From: Clostridiales bacterium
GTDB lineage: Bacteria; Bacillota; Clostridia; Saccharofermentanales; Saccharofermentanaceae
Length of the DNA stretch: 64,000 nucleotides
Direction of reading: 5' to 3'
Assembly: GCA_017513085.1 (NCBI GenBank)
Contig: JAFWDK010000006.1
Location: 9,661 to 73,660 of the forward strand
The translations under genes and the position numbers were made by a program. The notes under the pieces are model-generated. The model worked only from the letters and a program-made list of their open reading frames with translations. It made no database searches and was not told where the DNA came from. The stretch's first letter is position 1; the number at the start of each line of letters is the position of its first letter. Positions 17,732 through 28,216 of the stretch are shown here, in pieces.

Positions 17732-20532
17732 TCTTCCTTCGGCTCCTCAGGCTTCGCCTCCGCATCTGTCTGAGCTTCTGTCTGAGCTTCAGTTTCGGGC
17801 GCTTTCTCCACATCTTCCGGCACATTCTCCGCTTCGGAATCTGACGCAGACGCCGCGGCGTCAACTTCGTGGGCCGGTTCTTTTTCAGCATACTTTTCTT
17901 TCAGATCGATATACTCCAGGATCTTGCGGCAGATCGTCAAGAAAACCAGTGCGCCGAGTGCAACATAGGTAATATAACAGCAGAATGTAAAGCGCGCCGG
18001 GTGATAGCTCAGAGAAATATTGTGCGTACCTGCAGAGAGGCGGAGCGCCATAAAGGCATTATCAACATTCTCGATATCTGCTTTCTGGCCATCGACAGTA
18101 GCCACCCAGCTTTCGTCGTACGGGATGGTAAGGAAAAGCACGCCGTCTTTTTCCGCTGTGATCACACCTTCCATATGTGTGGAATCATAGCTTAAGACTT
18201 TCATCTGCTCATCACTCAGTTTCTCCACCATTTCCTTATATGCATCTTCAGAAACTCTGGCACACTGGATCCAGAGGTTGCCTGTGAGTTTGCTGTCATT
18301 GAATTTCAAAGTAACCAGTTTGTTGGTATTCTTCTCGCAATAGCCGAGATCCATAAACTGGTAAGTTCTCGCCGTATACTTCGTTTCCGAAACATCGGTG
18401 GAATGCTTGAGCTGATCGTTGATGACCACCTGCGGAGCTTTGTTGGCCACCACATACAGATACAGATGGTCTCCGGGCTTTGCATCCTTCACCGTCAGCA
18501 TGATCTCGGCTTTGCTCTCTTCAAATGTGTATTTATATCCGGTGCGCTCGTTGCCGCCGCCATCTTTAACACCGGTAGCCGAATTAATGTTTACTTCCAT
18601 CGGTTCAAAAACGTTGCCCTCAATACCCATGCTGTTTACAAAAGCATTGTTGGACAAAAACGGAACAGATGTCTGATTCATGTGGTATTCCAGTATACCC
18701 GGATCAACCATGTAACCTACAGACAGCGCGTCGGGGTTTACAAAATGACGAAGTTCCGAGCCGGTTTCCACCTGTTGGAAACAAACCGGGATCGGAGACG
18801 TTTTGTAAAGGTCATACATGTTTTTTACACCGAAAAGTGTGCCGGTTACCTCAGTCAGTCCGAAATTACGCATACTGTTGATACCGTTGTTATGGAAACC
18901 GAGATTGTTGATGAATTTCACGAAACTCTCTCTTGCCGTCGAAGTAAATATCGAGATTCCTTTCATGTTATAGAGCGCCGGCTGATTGCAGATATAAGCC
19001 GGATAGATCTCCGAACGCTCGAATCCAAACGGACTTTGCGCTTCGGATTCCTTGAGCATGGTCTGGATCTCATCGTAGTGCGAACCGTAAAAGTCCCAGC
19101 CGGTGAAACCCTCATGTGCTGCAACCAGACTGACGGTTACTGCCGTAGCTGTAAATATCTCGGCCACCAGTACAAAGAAAAGGGCGATCTGCTGAAACAT
19201 CGCGCTTTTTTTGCCGTTGGCGATCATTCTCAGAAGCGCGGTATATACGATGATGAAAACGATGGAAATGCCCATGGCAATGTAACCTTCCTGACCTTCT
19301 CCGATCTTTTCGTAAAGGATCAGGAACGCGATCATGCTCAAACACGGAACCATGAGTTCTCCTTTGGAAAAACTCTTGAGGTTACGGAGAACTTTGTATC
19401 CCATGATAACGACCAGGAAAGAAATCAGAAATGCCTGTCTGTACGGGATCTGGTTCGGGAAATGGAAGCCGTGCCAGATATAAGTCATCATACGGCTGCT
19501 TAAGCTGATATACATGATTGCCAGACCGATACCGTATGCGATCTTTTCTCTGAGCCGGATCTTTTTGCAAAGAAAATAGAGAGGCAACAGCATAACGATG
19601 AGGATACCGCAGTATACATTGGCCATTCCATCACGGATATTCGGATTCGAGCCGACAAAGAAGCGGCTGATGAAATCGAACATGTCATTCGTGACCTGGA
19701 ATTCCTTCGGGAAGGTGCCACCGGTTGCCGAGGATTTCTGAAGAGTGAAATAGGTCGACAGCGTCAGGAATGCAGAGATTCCTCCGGCGATACCGGAGTA
19801 TACGGCAAAACGCCATGCTGCCGCCCAAAAATTCTTGATCGTGATACGTTCAGTAATGCTAACATAAAGGATCGGCGCATAAAACACAAGGAAAAGGCAG
19901 ACGAAATAGCCAGCATAGAAATTGCTGATCAGGCAGACAGCCAATGTCAGGCAATACAGAAGTGGTTTTTTATCTCTCATCATACGGATCAGGCCGTATA
20001 CGATCAGCGGCAGAAGCATGACTGCATCATGCCACATGATATTCCAGAAATAAGAGGCTACCCAGCCACACAGAGCGTAGGAACTAGAAAATGCGACAAG
20101 AAGGAGGTCCTTTCTTTTCTTATCGAACTCCTTCAGAAGGATCGACATAAAAAGACCTGTAAGTCCGACACGGATGATGGCGATCAGCGCTATGCAGTCG
20201 CCAACATATTTTGGAGGAAATAAAAGTGCCAGAATATTAAGTGGACTGGCTGAATAGTTTGCAAACACAGCCCAGAAATTCGTACCCATACCCACGTTCC
20301 AAGAGAAGAACAGACTCTCTCCGGAAAGGATCTTATTTCTAAGTTCTACAAGAAACGGTGCATACTGATGGTAACAGTCAACCGTAAGGACCATATTTGT
20401 TCCCGCGCCCAGAGGGTGGACCTGCAAGATCAAAAAGACAATAAACATGATGAAAGCAGGAATAAAAAACGAGTAAATATAAAACTGTCCTTCACAGTAT
20501 TTCCGAAACAGTTTGTTTCTTGAACGCATCAT
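17728..20532 (-). CDS. YfhO family membrane protein (GT-C glycosyltransferase-like)
   Basis: VDCYHQYAPF, SWNVGMG, YSASP, WHGFHFPNQIPYR, LTIPYDESW; acidic C-terminal tail. Confidence 0.92.
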   Translation of the reverse strand: MMRSRNKLFRKYCEGQFYIYSFFIPAFIMFIVFLILQVHPLGAGTNMVLTVDCYHQYAPFLVELRNKILSGESLFFSWNVGMGTNFWAVFANYSASPLNILALLFPPKYVGDCIALIAIIRVGLTGLFMSILLKEFDKKRKDLLLVAFSSSYALCGWVASYFWNIMWHDAVMLLPLIVYGLIRMMRDKKPLLYCLTLAVCLISNFYAGYFVCLFLVFYAPILYVSITERITIKNFWAAAWRFAVYSGIAGGISAFLTLSTYFTLQKSSATGGTFPKEFQVTNDMFDFISRFFVGSNPNIRDGMANVYCGILIVMLLPLYFLCKKIRLREKIAYGIGLAIMYISLSSRMMTYIWHGFHFPNQIPYRQAFLISFLVVIMGYKVLRNLKSFSKGELMVPCLSMIAFLILYEKIGEGQEGYIAMGISIVFIIVYTALLRMIANGKKSAMFQQIALFFVLVAEIFTATAVTVSLVAAHEGFTGWDFYGSHYDEIQTMLKESEAQSPFGFERSEIYPAYICNQPALYNMKGISIFTSTARESFVKFINNLGFHNNGINSMRNFGLTEVTGTLFGVKNMYDLYKTSPIPVCFQQVETGSELRHFVNPDALSVGYMVDPGILEYHMNQTSVPFLSNNAFVNSMGIEGNVFEPMEVNINSATGVKDGGGNERTGYKYTFEESKAEIMLTVKDAKPGDHLYLYVVANKAPQVVINDQLKHSTDVSETKYTARTYQFMDLGYCEKNTNKLVTLKFNDSKLTGNLWIQCARVSEDAYKEMVEKLSDEQMKVLSYDSTHMEGVITAEKDGVLFLTIPYDESWVATVDGQKADIENVDNAFMALRLSAGTHNISLSYHPARFTFCCYITYVALGALVFLTICRKILEYIDLKEKYAEKEPAHEVDAAASASDSEAENVPEDVEKAPETEAQTEAQTDAEAKPEEPKEE

Positions 20533-20709
20533 CTTTTTCCCCAGTTCTTTTAATAATGTATTATAATTGCTTGCTTATTGTATCACATCGTCTACGATTA
20601 CGCACTTTCCTGCTTGGCGAAAATCTTGTAACCTTACAGAAATGGAATTATCAAATCAATTATGTTACAGTATAAGTTGAATATTTATAGTCATTCTTGC
20701 GAGGGAAAA

Positions 20710-21630
20710 TTGAGCAGACTGAAGATCAAAATCATATTTAATCCTTCTTCCGGGCGGCAGGCCAATGGCCTTGTTGTGGGAGATATTCTGCACTATCTTT
20801 CCGAAGCGGACGCCATTGAGCGCGCAGATGTTTTCTACACGGCTACGAAGGATGACGCCAAGAACTGCGCCGCATCTTTGAAACCAGGTGAATTTGACAT
20901 GGTCATCGCGGTCGGCGGAGATGGTACGATCAATGAGGTCGTCAGTGGACTAATGGTGGGAGGCTCTAAAACTCCACTCGCGATCCTTTCCGGCGGAACA
21001 GTCAACGACTTTGCCACCGCATTAAATCTTCCGACCAATCCTTCGGCGTTTGCCAGAATGCTCATGGACGGAAGCAGGATGAAAGTGGATGTCGGTCAGG
21101 CAGGAGACTACTATTTTCTCAATGTGCTGGCCGGCGGTCTGATGACCGATGTCGCGTACAAAGTTCCATCCTCTGCCAAGACATCTCTCGGATCTTTGGC
21201 CTACGTGATCGAGGGAGCCAAGGAAGCTCCCGGCAATCTTTTCAAGAGCATCCCGCTCTATTTTGCCACTTCAAGCAACGAATACAGAAAAGACGTCCTG
21301 GTCTTCCTGATTTCGAACAGCAGGAGCGTCGCCGGCATCCGAAAGCTTTTCCCTAAGGCGCAGCTTTCCGATGGTCTTTTGGATGTTTTGATATTGAGTA
21401 AACTCGAACCCGGGCAGTTTCTGCCTCTTATCGGAAAATATATCGTTGGTGATCATATGTCTGACGATAGCGTACTTTACTTTCAAACCGATCATCTGGA
21501 CATTGCGTCCATCGGTGATCAGGAGGTACGTCTGGATCTCGATGGTGAAGAAGGTCCTCTTCTTCCCATCACAGTCAAGTGCCTCCCTCAAGCATTAACA
21601 CTGATCGTTCCTTCAGAGGATGGGGCATAG
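20710..21630 (+). CDS. Diacylglycerol/lipid kinase (YegS/DgkB family)
   Basis: IFNPSSG, GGDGTINEV, GTVNDFA, LDGE; TTG start after GAGGG. Confidence 0.92.
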   Translation: MSRLKIKIIFNPSSGRQANGLVVGDILHYLSEADAIERADVFYTATKDDAKNCAASLKPGEFDMVIAVGGDGTINEVVSGLMVGGSKTPLAILSGGTVNDFATALNLPTNPSAFARMLMDGSRMKVDVGQAGDYYFLNVLAGGLMTDVAYKVPSSAKTSLGSLAYVIEGAKEAPGNLFKSIPLYFATSSNEYRKDVLVFLISNSRSVAGIRKLFPKAQLSDGLLDVLILSKLEPGQFLPLIGKYIVGDHMSDDSVLYFQTDHLDIASIGDQEVRLDLDGEEGPLLPITVKCLPQALTLIVPSEDGA

Positions 21631-21677
21631 AGTCATTTCTCTCCAGGGTTTACGCGATTTGATGAAAGGTACAGGAA

Positions 21678-23495
21678 ATGAAGAAGAATAAACACAAGCA
21701 AAATGAAGAACCGTTAGATGAACAAATACTCGAGTCGACGGATTCAGAAAAAACAGAGAACGAGGTTTCCGTTGATCCTGATGCGGATTCCCCGGATACT
21801 TCCGTTTCGGATTCGGAAGATGATGCGTCCACTGATCCTGATGAGGATATATCGGCCGACGAAGATCTGCCTGCTGCATCTTCTGACATTTTGCCGGAAG
21901 AAGGCTCTGCCGAAGAATCGGCGGATGAAGAGGAAGATAGCATTTCTTATGAGGATCTGGATCCGATCCCGATGGAGCTCTCTACTCACGACATCAATAC
22001 CATCGTGGACGACGATGATCCGGATACACCTTTATTTGTTGAAACTTCTACCAAGAGATCCGATGCTACAGTGACCACTCGTGGAAAGAAAATGAATTTG
22101 AAACCACGCATGTTCCTGATCGTAATGGCCGTGATCTCCTTGATCATACTGGCCTGGTCCGTCTTTTCCCTGGGCAACATTTCCGAACGTCTGGCAAGTC
22201 CTTTGACCGTAGGAAATCAAGATGTTTCAAATGCCGAATTCAGTTTTATGTATCATTACGTATTGTTGGAAAACGGCGTGGATATCTTCAAAGAAAAAAC
22301 CGAAGAAATGCTCTCTTCACCGGGTGAAAACGGTTTTGCCTCTTATCGTGATTATTTTCTGGATGCCACTGCAAAAGAGATCCAGACAGTATATATGCTT
22401 TATGACGATGCTGTCGCACACGGCTACTCCATCAGTCAGGAACACAAAGATCGTGCGAAAGCTTATATTGAATGGCTGAAGGGCAAGGCCGGCGCGATCC
22501 ATGTAGATCTGGATACATACATCAAGGGTACCTTCGGGCCTCTCGTAAACAAAGATCTGATCATGGATGTGCTTCCGAAAGTATATTTTACCGAGGACTA
22601 TTCCGCTCACCAGAAACTGGATGAATTGAAAGCAACACAGGAACAGGCCGAGCAGGCTTATCAGGATTCCAGGAACTCCTACGATCTTGTCTCTTATCGC
22701 GTGCTGAGAATCACTTTCGAGGCCCGAGAGGAGAGCTATGTTACCACCGCGAATATTCATGCGCAAAAGATCATCGAGGCGATCGACCACGATCAGTCCA
22801 AGTTCGAATCTGTTGCCGCGAAGCATTTTTCGGGTGAAGCACAGCAGAAGCTTCTGGTACCGGATTCCACACTTCAGAAACGTGTCCGCTATAGCGAAGT
22901 CGAAGAGGACCAGTGGCGCGCGTGGCTTTTCGATACATCCAGACAATCCGGCGACTGTACGATTTTCAAAGATGTATACGGCTTCCCGATCATCTTCTGT
23001 TTTGTTGAACGTGTCCGTCAGGAAGAGCCTCTGCGCAATGTGCGTTTCTTCTATATCAATCTTGCTGACGAAGAATCTGAACAGCCCGGCATACCGGCAT
23101 CCGACATTCTTCCGCTTTCCCAAACTATTTTCGATAGCGTAACAGATGAAGCAAGCATGATCACTCTTGATACTACTTACGCAGACGAGCTTTTGGAAGG
23201 GTCCATGCGTTCGGTGCAGCAGGCATCGTTGTTTCCGGGGAACAGCGATCCTGAATTTGATGAATGGATCTTCGACTCACAGCGAAAGCCCGGCGACAAA
23301 ACAATGATCCAGCACGACAAAGAGATCGTGATCCTCTTCTATGTGGAAGCTTCTCCGAATCCGGAATGGTATGACCGTGTCAATAGTTTCATCCGTATGG
23401 ATAATTACCAGAGATTCATCAGTGAAAAACTGAAAGATTATCAATACACTTTCCATCAGGATGGTCTGGACTATATCAAGGATGTACCATCCTGA
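21678..23495 (+). CDS. Membrane-anchored SurA/PrsA-like foldase homologue with long acidic N-terminus
   Basis: About 120-aa Asp/Glu-rich region, one TM, helical SurA-N-like region, two degenerate parvulin-like repeats (WLFDTSRQSGD, WIFDSQRKPGD). Confidence 0.6.
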   Translation: MKKNKHKQNEEPLDEQILESTDSEKTENEVSVDPDADSPDTSVSDSEDDASTDPDEDISADEDLPAASSDILPEEGSAEESADEEEDSISYEDLDPIPMELSTHDINTIVDDDDPDTPLFVETSTKRSDATVTTRGKKMNLKPRMFLIVMAVISLIILAWSVFSLGNISERLASPLTVGNQDVSNAEFSFMYHYVLLENGVDIFKEKTEEMLSSPGENGFASYRDYFLDATAKEIQTVYMLYDDAVAHGYSISQEHKDRAKAYIEWLKGKAGAIHVDLDTYIKGTFGPLVNKDLIMDVLPKVYFTEDYSAHQKLDELKATQEQAEQAYQDSRNSYDLVSYRVLRITFEAREESYVTTANIHAQKIIEAIDHDQSKFESVAAKHFSGEAQQKLLVPDSTLQKRVRYSEVEEDQWRAWLFDTSRQSGDCTIFKDVYGFPIIFCFVERVRQEEPLRNVRFFYINLADEESEQPGIPASDILPLSQTIFDSVTDEASMITLDTTYADELLEGSMRSVQQASLFPGNSDPEFDEWIFDSQRKPGDKTMIQHDKEIVILFYVEASPNPEWYDRVNSFIRMDNYQRFISEKLKDYQYTFHQDGLDYIKDVPS

Positions 23496-23520
23496 CCTCA
23501 AACACTTACGGAAATAAAAC

Positions 23521-23558
23521 AAAAGGGATCTGCCTGCATCAGACAGATCCCTTATTTT
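23521..23558. terminator. Bidirectional terminator
   Basis: AAGGGATCTG / CAGATCCCTT flanked by A- and T-runs between convergent genes. Confidence 0.8.
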
Positions 23559-23584
23559 CTGCAATTTAGTTCTGACCGATATGA

Positions 23585-23710
23585 TCAGGAAGACTGAAGC
23601 GCAACGGCAATAAAAATAATGATGGAAGAAAGCATCATGATCGACAGTAAGATAGCAAGAAATCTTACTCCGGTACTATACTTCGATTTTTGCGGGTTAT
23701 TTCCTCTCAT
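23585..23710 (-). CDS. Small membrane protein, 41 aa (not in the ORF track)
   Basis: GGAGGA RBS then MRGNNPQKSKYSTGVRFLAILLSIMMLSSIIIFIAVALQSS*; single TM; terminator downstream. Confidence 0.7.
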   Translation of the reverse strand: MRGNNPQKSKYSTGVRFLAILLSIMMLSSIIIFIAVALQSS

Positions 23711-23800
23711 AACTATTCCTCCATATGAAACTAGTGTTAGTGTATCACGATGACGATTTTTGTCAAATCGTCTTCATCACTTATGCTTCCGGAACAAACG

Positions 23801-24829
23801 TCATAAATATGTCAGAAGTTCCTGGCGAACCTCGTCCATACGCGGATCGGCAATTCCGAAATCCATCAATTTGTAATTCCATGCAGAACGGCCAATGCCA
23901 TATTTTCTAAATACCTGATTGATCATGGCATACCACTTCACCGTTTCCACCGGATCGACCCGATCGATCACACCATACTCGCCACAGTAGAGCGCAACAT
24001 TTCTCTTCTCGGCGACCTCGATCGCTTCGGCAAAGATCTTCTCGAAATAAGCACTGCTGAGTGTTGTGTCCGAAGAGAAGCCGGCAAACCCTGTGGTTAC
24101 CTGCTGAAGCATCTTCTCCCCTGCCACGTCCATCTCCTTGTACGGCGCATCGATTGAAATGCGGAAGGATGTATCCATCGTCGGGATCCATGGCGCGCCC
24201 TGATGGGTAAAGATCAAAGGCTCATAGCAATGGAAATTGTAGATGATGTTTTCATCGTACGGCATAGCCAGATCCTTAACGGAATCCACGCTGTTATTCC
24301 AATATCCACCAACAAGGATCTTGATCGTTGGCGCGATCTTGCGGATCCGTCTGATGCAGTTCTCTGCAATCTGATTCCAAAGTTCACAATAGGACTTATC
24401 CGTGACTTCATTGAGGAGCTCAAAAGCCAGGCGGTCTTCATATTTGCCGAAACGCTCCGCCACCTTCTCCCAGAGAAGATAAAAACGTTCCTGAAGTTTC
24501 TCGCTGTCGAAAAAACCTTCTTCGCCGAAAGCCGGGTCGAAAGAATATCCCATTGTCTTATGAAGATCCAGGATCATATTGAGTCCGTACTTTCCGCACC
24601 AGTCGATCACGTCCTGAATATGTCCGTAGCCGCTCTCAACAGGGTTTCCTTCCTCATCCTCGATCAACTCATAATCGAACGGAACGCGGACATGATCCAT
24701 GCCCCATTCCTTGATCGTCTTGATATCTTCTTCTTTTACAAAATTGCTATAGGTCTCTTCGGTGTCATCGCACTGCGAAAGCCACCCGCCTAAATTGATA
24801 CCTTTCTGGTATCCGTTCCAAGTTTTCAT
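23801..24829 (-). CDS. Glycoside hydrolase family 5 (CelC-like endoglucanase/cellodextrinase), no signal peptide
   Basis: GINLGGWLSQ, DHVRVP, LDLHK, ELLNE (acid/base), FHCYEP, YCGEYG (nucleophile). Confidence 0.93.
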   Translation of the reverse strand: MKTWNGYQKGINLGGWLSQCDDTEETYSNFVKEEDIKTIKEWGMDHVRVPFDYELIEDEEGNPVESGYGHIQDVIDWCGKYGLNMILDLHKTMGYSFDPAFGEEGFFDSEKLQERFYLLWEKVAERFGKYEDRLAFELLNEVTDKSYCELWNQIAENCIRRIRKIAPTIKILVGGYWNNSVDSVKDLAMPYDENIIYNFHCYEPLIFTHQGAPWIPTMDTSFRISIDAPYKEMDVAGEKMLQQVTTGFAGFSSDTTLSSAYFEKIFAEAIEVAEKRNVALYCGEYGVIDRVDPVETVKWYAMINQVFRKYGIGRSAWNYKLMDFGIADPRMDEVRQELLTYL

Positions 24830-24912
24830 GAACCGTTTCTCCTCATATGCACATGATAAGCCTATTATAGCAGACCGGAACACCGAAGAAAAAGCACTTT
24901 TTCATTTGTGGG

Positions 24913-24960
24913 AAAAGCATTTGCGCGTGCCTTTAGGGATCGGACACGCGCAATGCTTTA
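24913..24960 (-). terminator. Terminator after the ABC permease
   Basis: AAAGCAT(T)TGCGCGTG / CACGCGCAATGCTTT hairpin. Confidence 0.65.
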
Positions 24961-24993
24961 GAGGGTATTATGAGGAAATCCTGTGTCAGGACA

Positions 24994-27348
24994 TCATTCT
25001 GAAATCAGTTCATACGCGGAGACCCGCTTGATCCCGCGGGACATCACATAGGTCATGGCGAAAACGATCGCACCGATCACGGCAATGGTCAGAAGGATCA
25101 GCATCGGGAACACCAAGAAGTCCACTTTTTCCACACCGAACCCGGACAGGATCACTGTCAGAAGCGGGTTGACCAGGAAAAATCCGACGATCGCGCCGAT
25201 CACCGATGCAAGGATCGTGACAGGCATAAGCGACATTGCAAGTTGCAGTTTCAACTGTTTGCTGGTAAACCCGACGGCTTTTTTGATACCGAATTCTTTT
25301 TCCTTCTTGATGAAGATCGTCTTCAGAAGGATCTTAATGACCAGAAGGATGATCGCCAGGTTCAGCGCCACCATGATCATGACGATCAACGCAACCGCTG
25401 AAATCTCGTTGCCTTCACCACTGTGTACGACATCGTACCAGTTTCCCGTCGCAATACACTTGTCACCGAGCAGTGCCTGGATGTCAGAAAGAGCACGATC
25501 GACATTTGCCACACTCGGATCTGCCATACGGAAACGGATGATCTCGTAGTTCGTATCGATACCGAGACGTTTCGCGCCTTCTTCGCTCACAAAGATACGT
25601 TCACCAAGATTCATGACTGCCTGCTGGTAGCCTGTGATAATGTACCGGACAGAATTGTTTCCGCTTCTTACCTCGATCTCATCTCCGATGGAAACACCAA
25701 GCCGCTCTGCGATGATCTTTCCTATCACGCATTCGTTGGCTTCTCGAAAAGAACTTCCTTCGTAAACTCCGCACTGCAGGTATTCCGGTCTATCGGTATA
25801 GAAAGCGAATGTCTCATTGCCTTCGATGCTGATATTGGCAAAGTTATATCCGTACGCTTCGGAGATCCCTTCTACATGACTGATTTCTTCGATGATCCGA
25901 TGTGTCTCTTCCGTATCAGTATTTACGTTGATATAGCCATCCGGGTTATCACCCTGGATCAGGTTCATGAATTCAGTCGGATCGATCTTACTGTTATAAA
26001 AAAGGATCCCGGAGAACATGATCATAAATGCCACGACACTCATTACTCCCAGCAGAATGATATTCTGTCCCTGGCTCTGCAGCATACTTTTCAGTGCAAG
26101 AAGCTGATTCAATCCTCCATTCGTGTTTTTGAGAGGAAGATAGTTCTTTTTGAAACTGTTGGATTTCAAACCGAAACGCAATGCCGTAGCCGGATGCAGA
26201 TGCTTGAGTTTGATCGTGGACAAGAATACGACAACGATCATGGCAAGCGCGATTCCTCCTAATACGATAGCCGTGGTACTTGGGCAGAAACGGAGTATCC
26301 AGGATACACCCGTGATCTTCTGAAACACGACGTTATCCAGGATCGGCATCGTAAAATAGGATATCACGCATCCGATCACACCACCGGTCAAACCAACGAT
26401 AATATATTCGAGAGTCATCGCCGCACGGAGCTGTCCGATCGTGTGGCCCACAGCCCGAAGCGCACCGATATTCTTCACATCTCTGTCGATGTTGTTATTG
26501 ATCGTAAACACGATCATGATCAGGCAGACAGCAAGAACGACAACGGAAAATGCCGTTACCAGACCGGAGATAATGTCCGCCACCGCTACATAGCCTTCTT
26601 TAGCCAGATTTCGTTCATACGCGTAATATTCGATTCCTGAACTGCTGAACTGATCTCTTACTGCTTGAAGCAACATACCGCTACTGACACCTTCAGCCTG
26701 ATAGACTTTCACCATCTTCCTGTTAGAAACGAAATTCATTTCCAAGAATGCCTGCTCGCCAAAAGAGGACATCTCCGAAAACGAATCCGGATCCACCATT
26801 ATCTCCATCCAGCCGTAGCTGTTTCCACCTATAAGCGCCTCAAAAATGCCTGCAACCGTAAAATCATTCTCTCCCACCGTAGGCGAATGCATATGAACCT
26901 TGTCACCTACCCGAATGTTATTCACAGCCGCATAATACGAGTTTAAGTACAGCTTTGGTCCATCATACGATTCATCCCTGTCAAAAAAGGCATATTCTTC
27001 CGCTAAACCATATTCTCCGATCCTGGTGATCGTTCCACCGTCGAGATCCAGTTCCTCTGCTCCATTCACAGAAAGTTTCATGGTACCCGGACTTATCATA
27101 TCCTGAACGGAAAAGCCGGAGATCTCTTTCACTCCGGTCAACGCCCGGGTTATCTCTTCATCTGTTCCTACGACATACGCAAGAACATCCGCCTCATTTG
27201 TTTTTTCCACCTTCTCATCGTAAATCGAACTATACTGACCGATAAAGAATCCGGTATGCAGAAGCAACGAAGACAGGATCAAAATAGCCAGAAACGCTAC
27301 CAGTACGTTTCGGTCTTTTCTCATATTGGCTCGAATCAGTTTTACCAT
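24994..27348 (-). CDS. ABC exporter permease (FtsX/MacB type, duplicated)
   Basis: Two FtsX motifs: IGALRAVG and FGIKKAVGFT. Confidence 0.92.
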   Translation of the reverse strand: MVKLIRANMRKDRNVLVAFLAILILSSLLLHTGFFIGQYSSIYDEKVEKTNEADVLAYVVGTDEEITRALTGVKEISGFSVQDMISPGTMKLSVNGAEELDLDGGTITRIGEYGLAEEYAFFDRDESYDGPKLYLNSYYAAVNNIRVGDKVHMHSPTVGENDFTVAGIFEALIGGNSYGWMEIMVDPDSFSEMSSFGEQAFLEMNFVSNRKMVKVYQAEGVSSGMLLQAVRDQFSSSGIEYYAYERNLAKEGYVAVADIISGLVTAFSVVVLAVCLIMIVFTINNNIDRDVKNIGALRAVGHTIGQLRAAMTLEYIIVGLTGGVIGCVISYFTMPILDNVVFQKITGVSWILRFCPSTTAIVLGGIALAMIVVVFLSTIKLKHLHPATALRFGLKSNSFKKNYLPLKNTNGGLNQLLALKSMLQSQGQNIILLGVMSVVAFMIMFSGILFYNSKIDPTEFMNLIQGDNPDGYINVNTDTEETHRIIEEISHVEGISEAYGYNFANISIEGNETFAFYTDRPEYLQCGVYEGSSFREANECVIGKIIAERLGVSIGDEIEVRSGNNSVRYIITGYQQAVMNLGERIFVSEEGAKRLGIDTNYEIIRFRMADPSVANVDRALSDIQALLGDKCIATGNWYDVVHSGEGNEISAVALIVMIMVALNLAIILLVIKILLKTIFIKKEKEFGIKKAVGFTSKQLKLQLAMSLMPVTILASVIGAIVGFFLVNPLLTVILSGFGVEKVDFLVFPMLILLTIAVIGAIVFAMTYVMSRGIKRVSAYELISE

Positions 27349-28103
27349 CCCATCTCCTCCAGAAATCCACGGATCATCTCATGTCTCTTCTTATCGCCGC
27401 TTACGTATTTTCCCGGGTTACACTCGCCCTTGATACCGCCATCCTCGAGATACAGGATACGGTTTGCGCGTCTTGCGGACTTAATATCATGGGTAACCAT
27501 GACGACCGACTGGCCTTCGTTATTGATGTCCGTCAGAACATTGAGCACCGCCTCGACACCTGCCGAGTTCAGGGCACCTGTCGGCTCATCGGCAAATACG
27601 ACATCCGGATCGTTGATCACCGCACGTACCATCGCGGCACGCTGGGCTTCACCACCGCTGAGCTGTGCCGGGAATTTGTCGGTCATTTCCTCACTGATCC
27701 CGACACGTTCGAAAAGCGCTGTCGCTTTTTTCTTCAGATCTTTCTGTTTCTGTCCAACCAGCATACCCGTGGAGATCGCGTTGTCCATGATGCTCATACT
27801 GTCCACAAGATGCACCTGTTGAAAGACGAAACCGCAGTGTTTCCTGCGGAAGACCGCAAGCTGATCGTCGTTCATTTCCGTGATCTCAGATCCCGCGTAA
27901 TCGATATGTCCGAGGGATGGCTTATCCATACCGGACAGTGCATATAAAAGCGTGGATTTCCCTGCACCGGACGAGCCCATGATGACGGTAAAATCTCCAT
28001 CATAGATCTCGAGATCCAGATTCTTGATGATATGGTACTGCTTCCCGGAAACCGAGAAACTCTTACTAAGTTTATCTGTCTTGATGATGACTTTTTTCTC
28101 CAC
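27342..28103 (-). CDS. ABC exporter ATP-binding protein (LolD-like)
   Basis: GSSGAGKST, LSGGE, FADEPTGAL, VTHD. Confidence 0.95.
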   Translation of the reverse strand: MEKKVIIKTDKLSKSFSVSGKQYHIIKNLDLEIYDGDFTVIMGSSGAGKSTLLYALSGMDKPSLGHIDYAGSEITEMNDDQLAVFRRKHCGFVFQQVHLVDSMSIMDNAISTGMLVGQKQKDLKKKATALFERVGISEEMTDKFPAQLSGGEAQRAAMVRAVINDPDVVFADEPTGALNSAGVEAVLNVLTDINNEGQSVVMVTHDIKSARRANRILYLEDGGIKGECNPGKYVSGDKKRHEMIRGFLEEMGW

Positions 28104-28166
28104 TTGATGTCTCCTTCCGTCTTCTCCAACACGAAAATGACCGCACAGTTTTCTCTGTACGGTCTT

Positions 28167-28210
28167 AGTATAGTTCAGGTGATTCTTTAAATCTTTGTCA
28201 GATCTTTAAT
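28167..28210 (-). promoter_or_regulatory. Probable response-regulator-dependent promoter of the ABC exporter
   Basis: -10 TATACT with no canonical -35; AAAGA direct repeats (TTAAAGATCTGACAAAGATTTAAAGA) in its place. Confidence 0.5.
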
Positions 28211-28216
28211 CGTGTC

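Noticed and set aside
17765-17795. 12-bp tandem repeat (TEAQ twice) in the YfhO tail
   Set aside because: In-frame low-complexity tail with only two copies; not a contingency locus or CRISPR.
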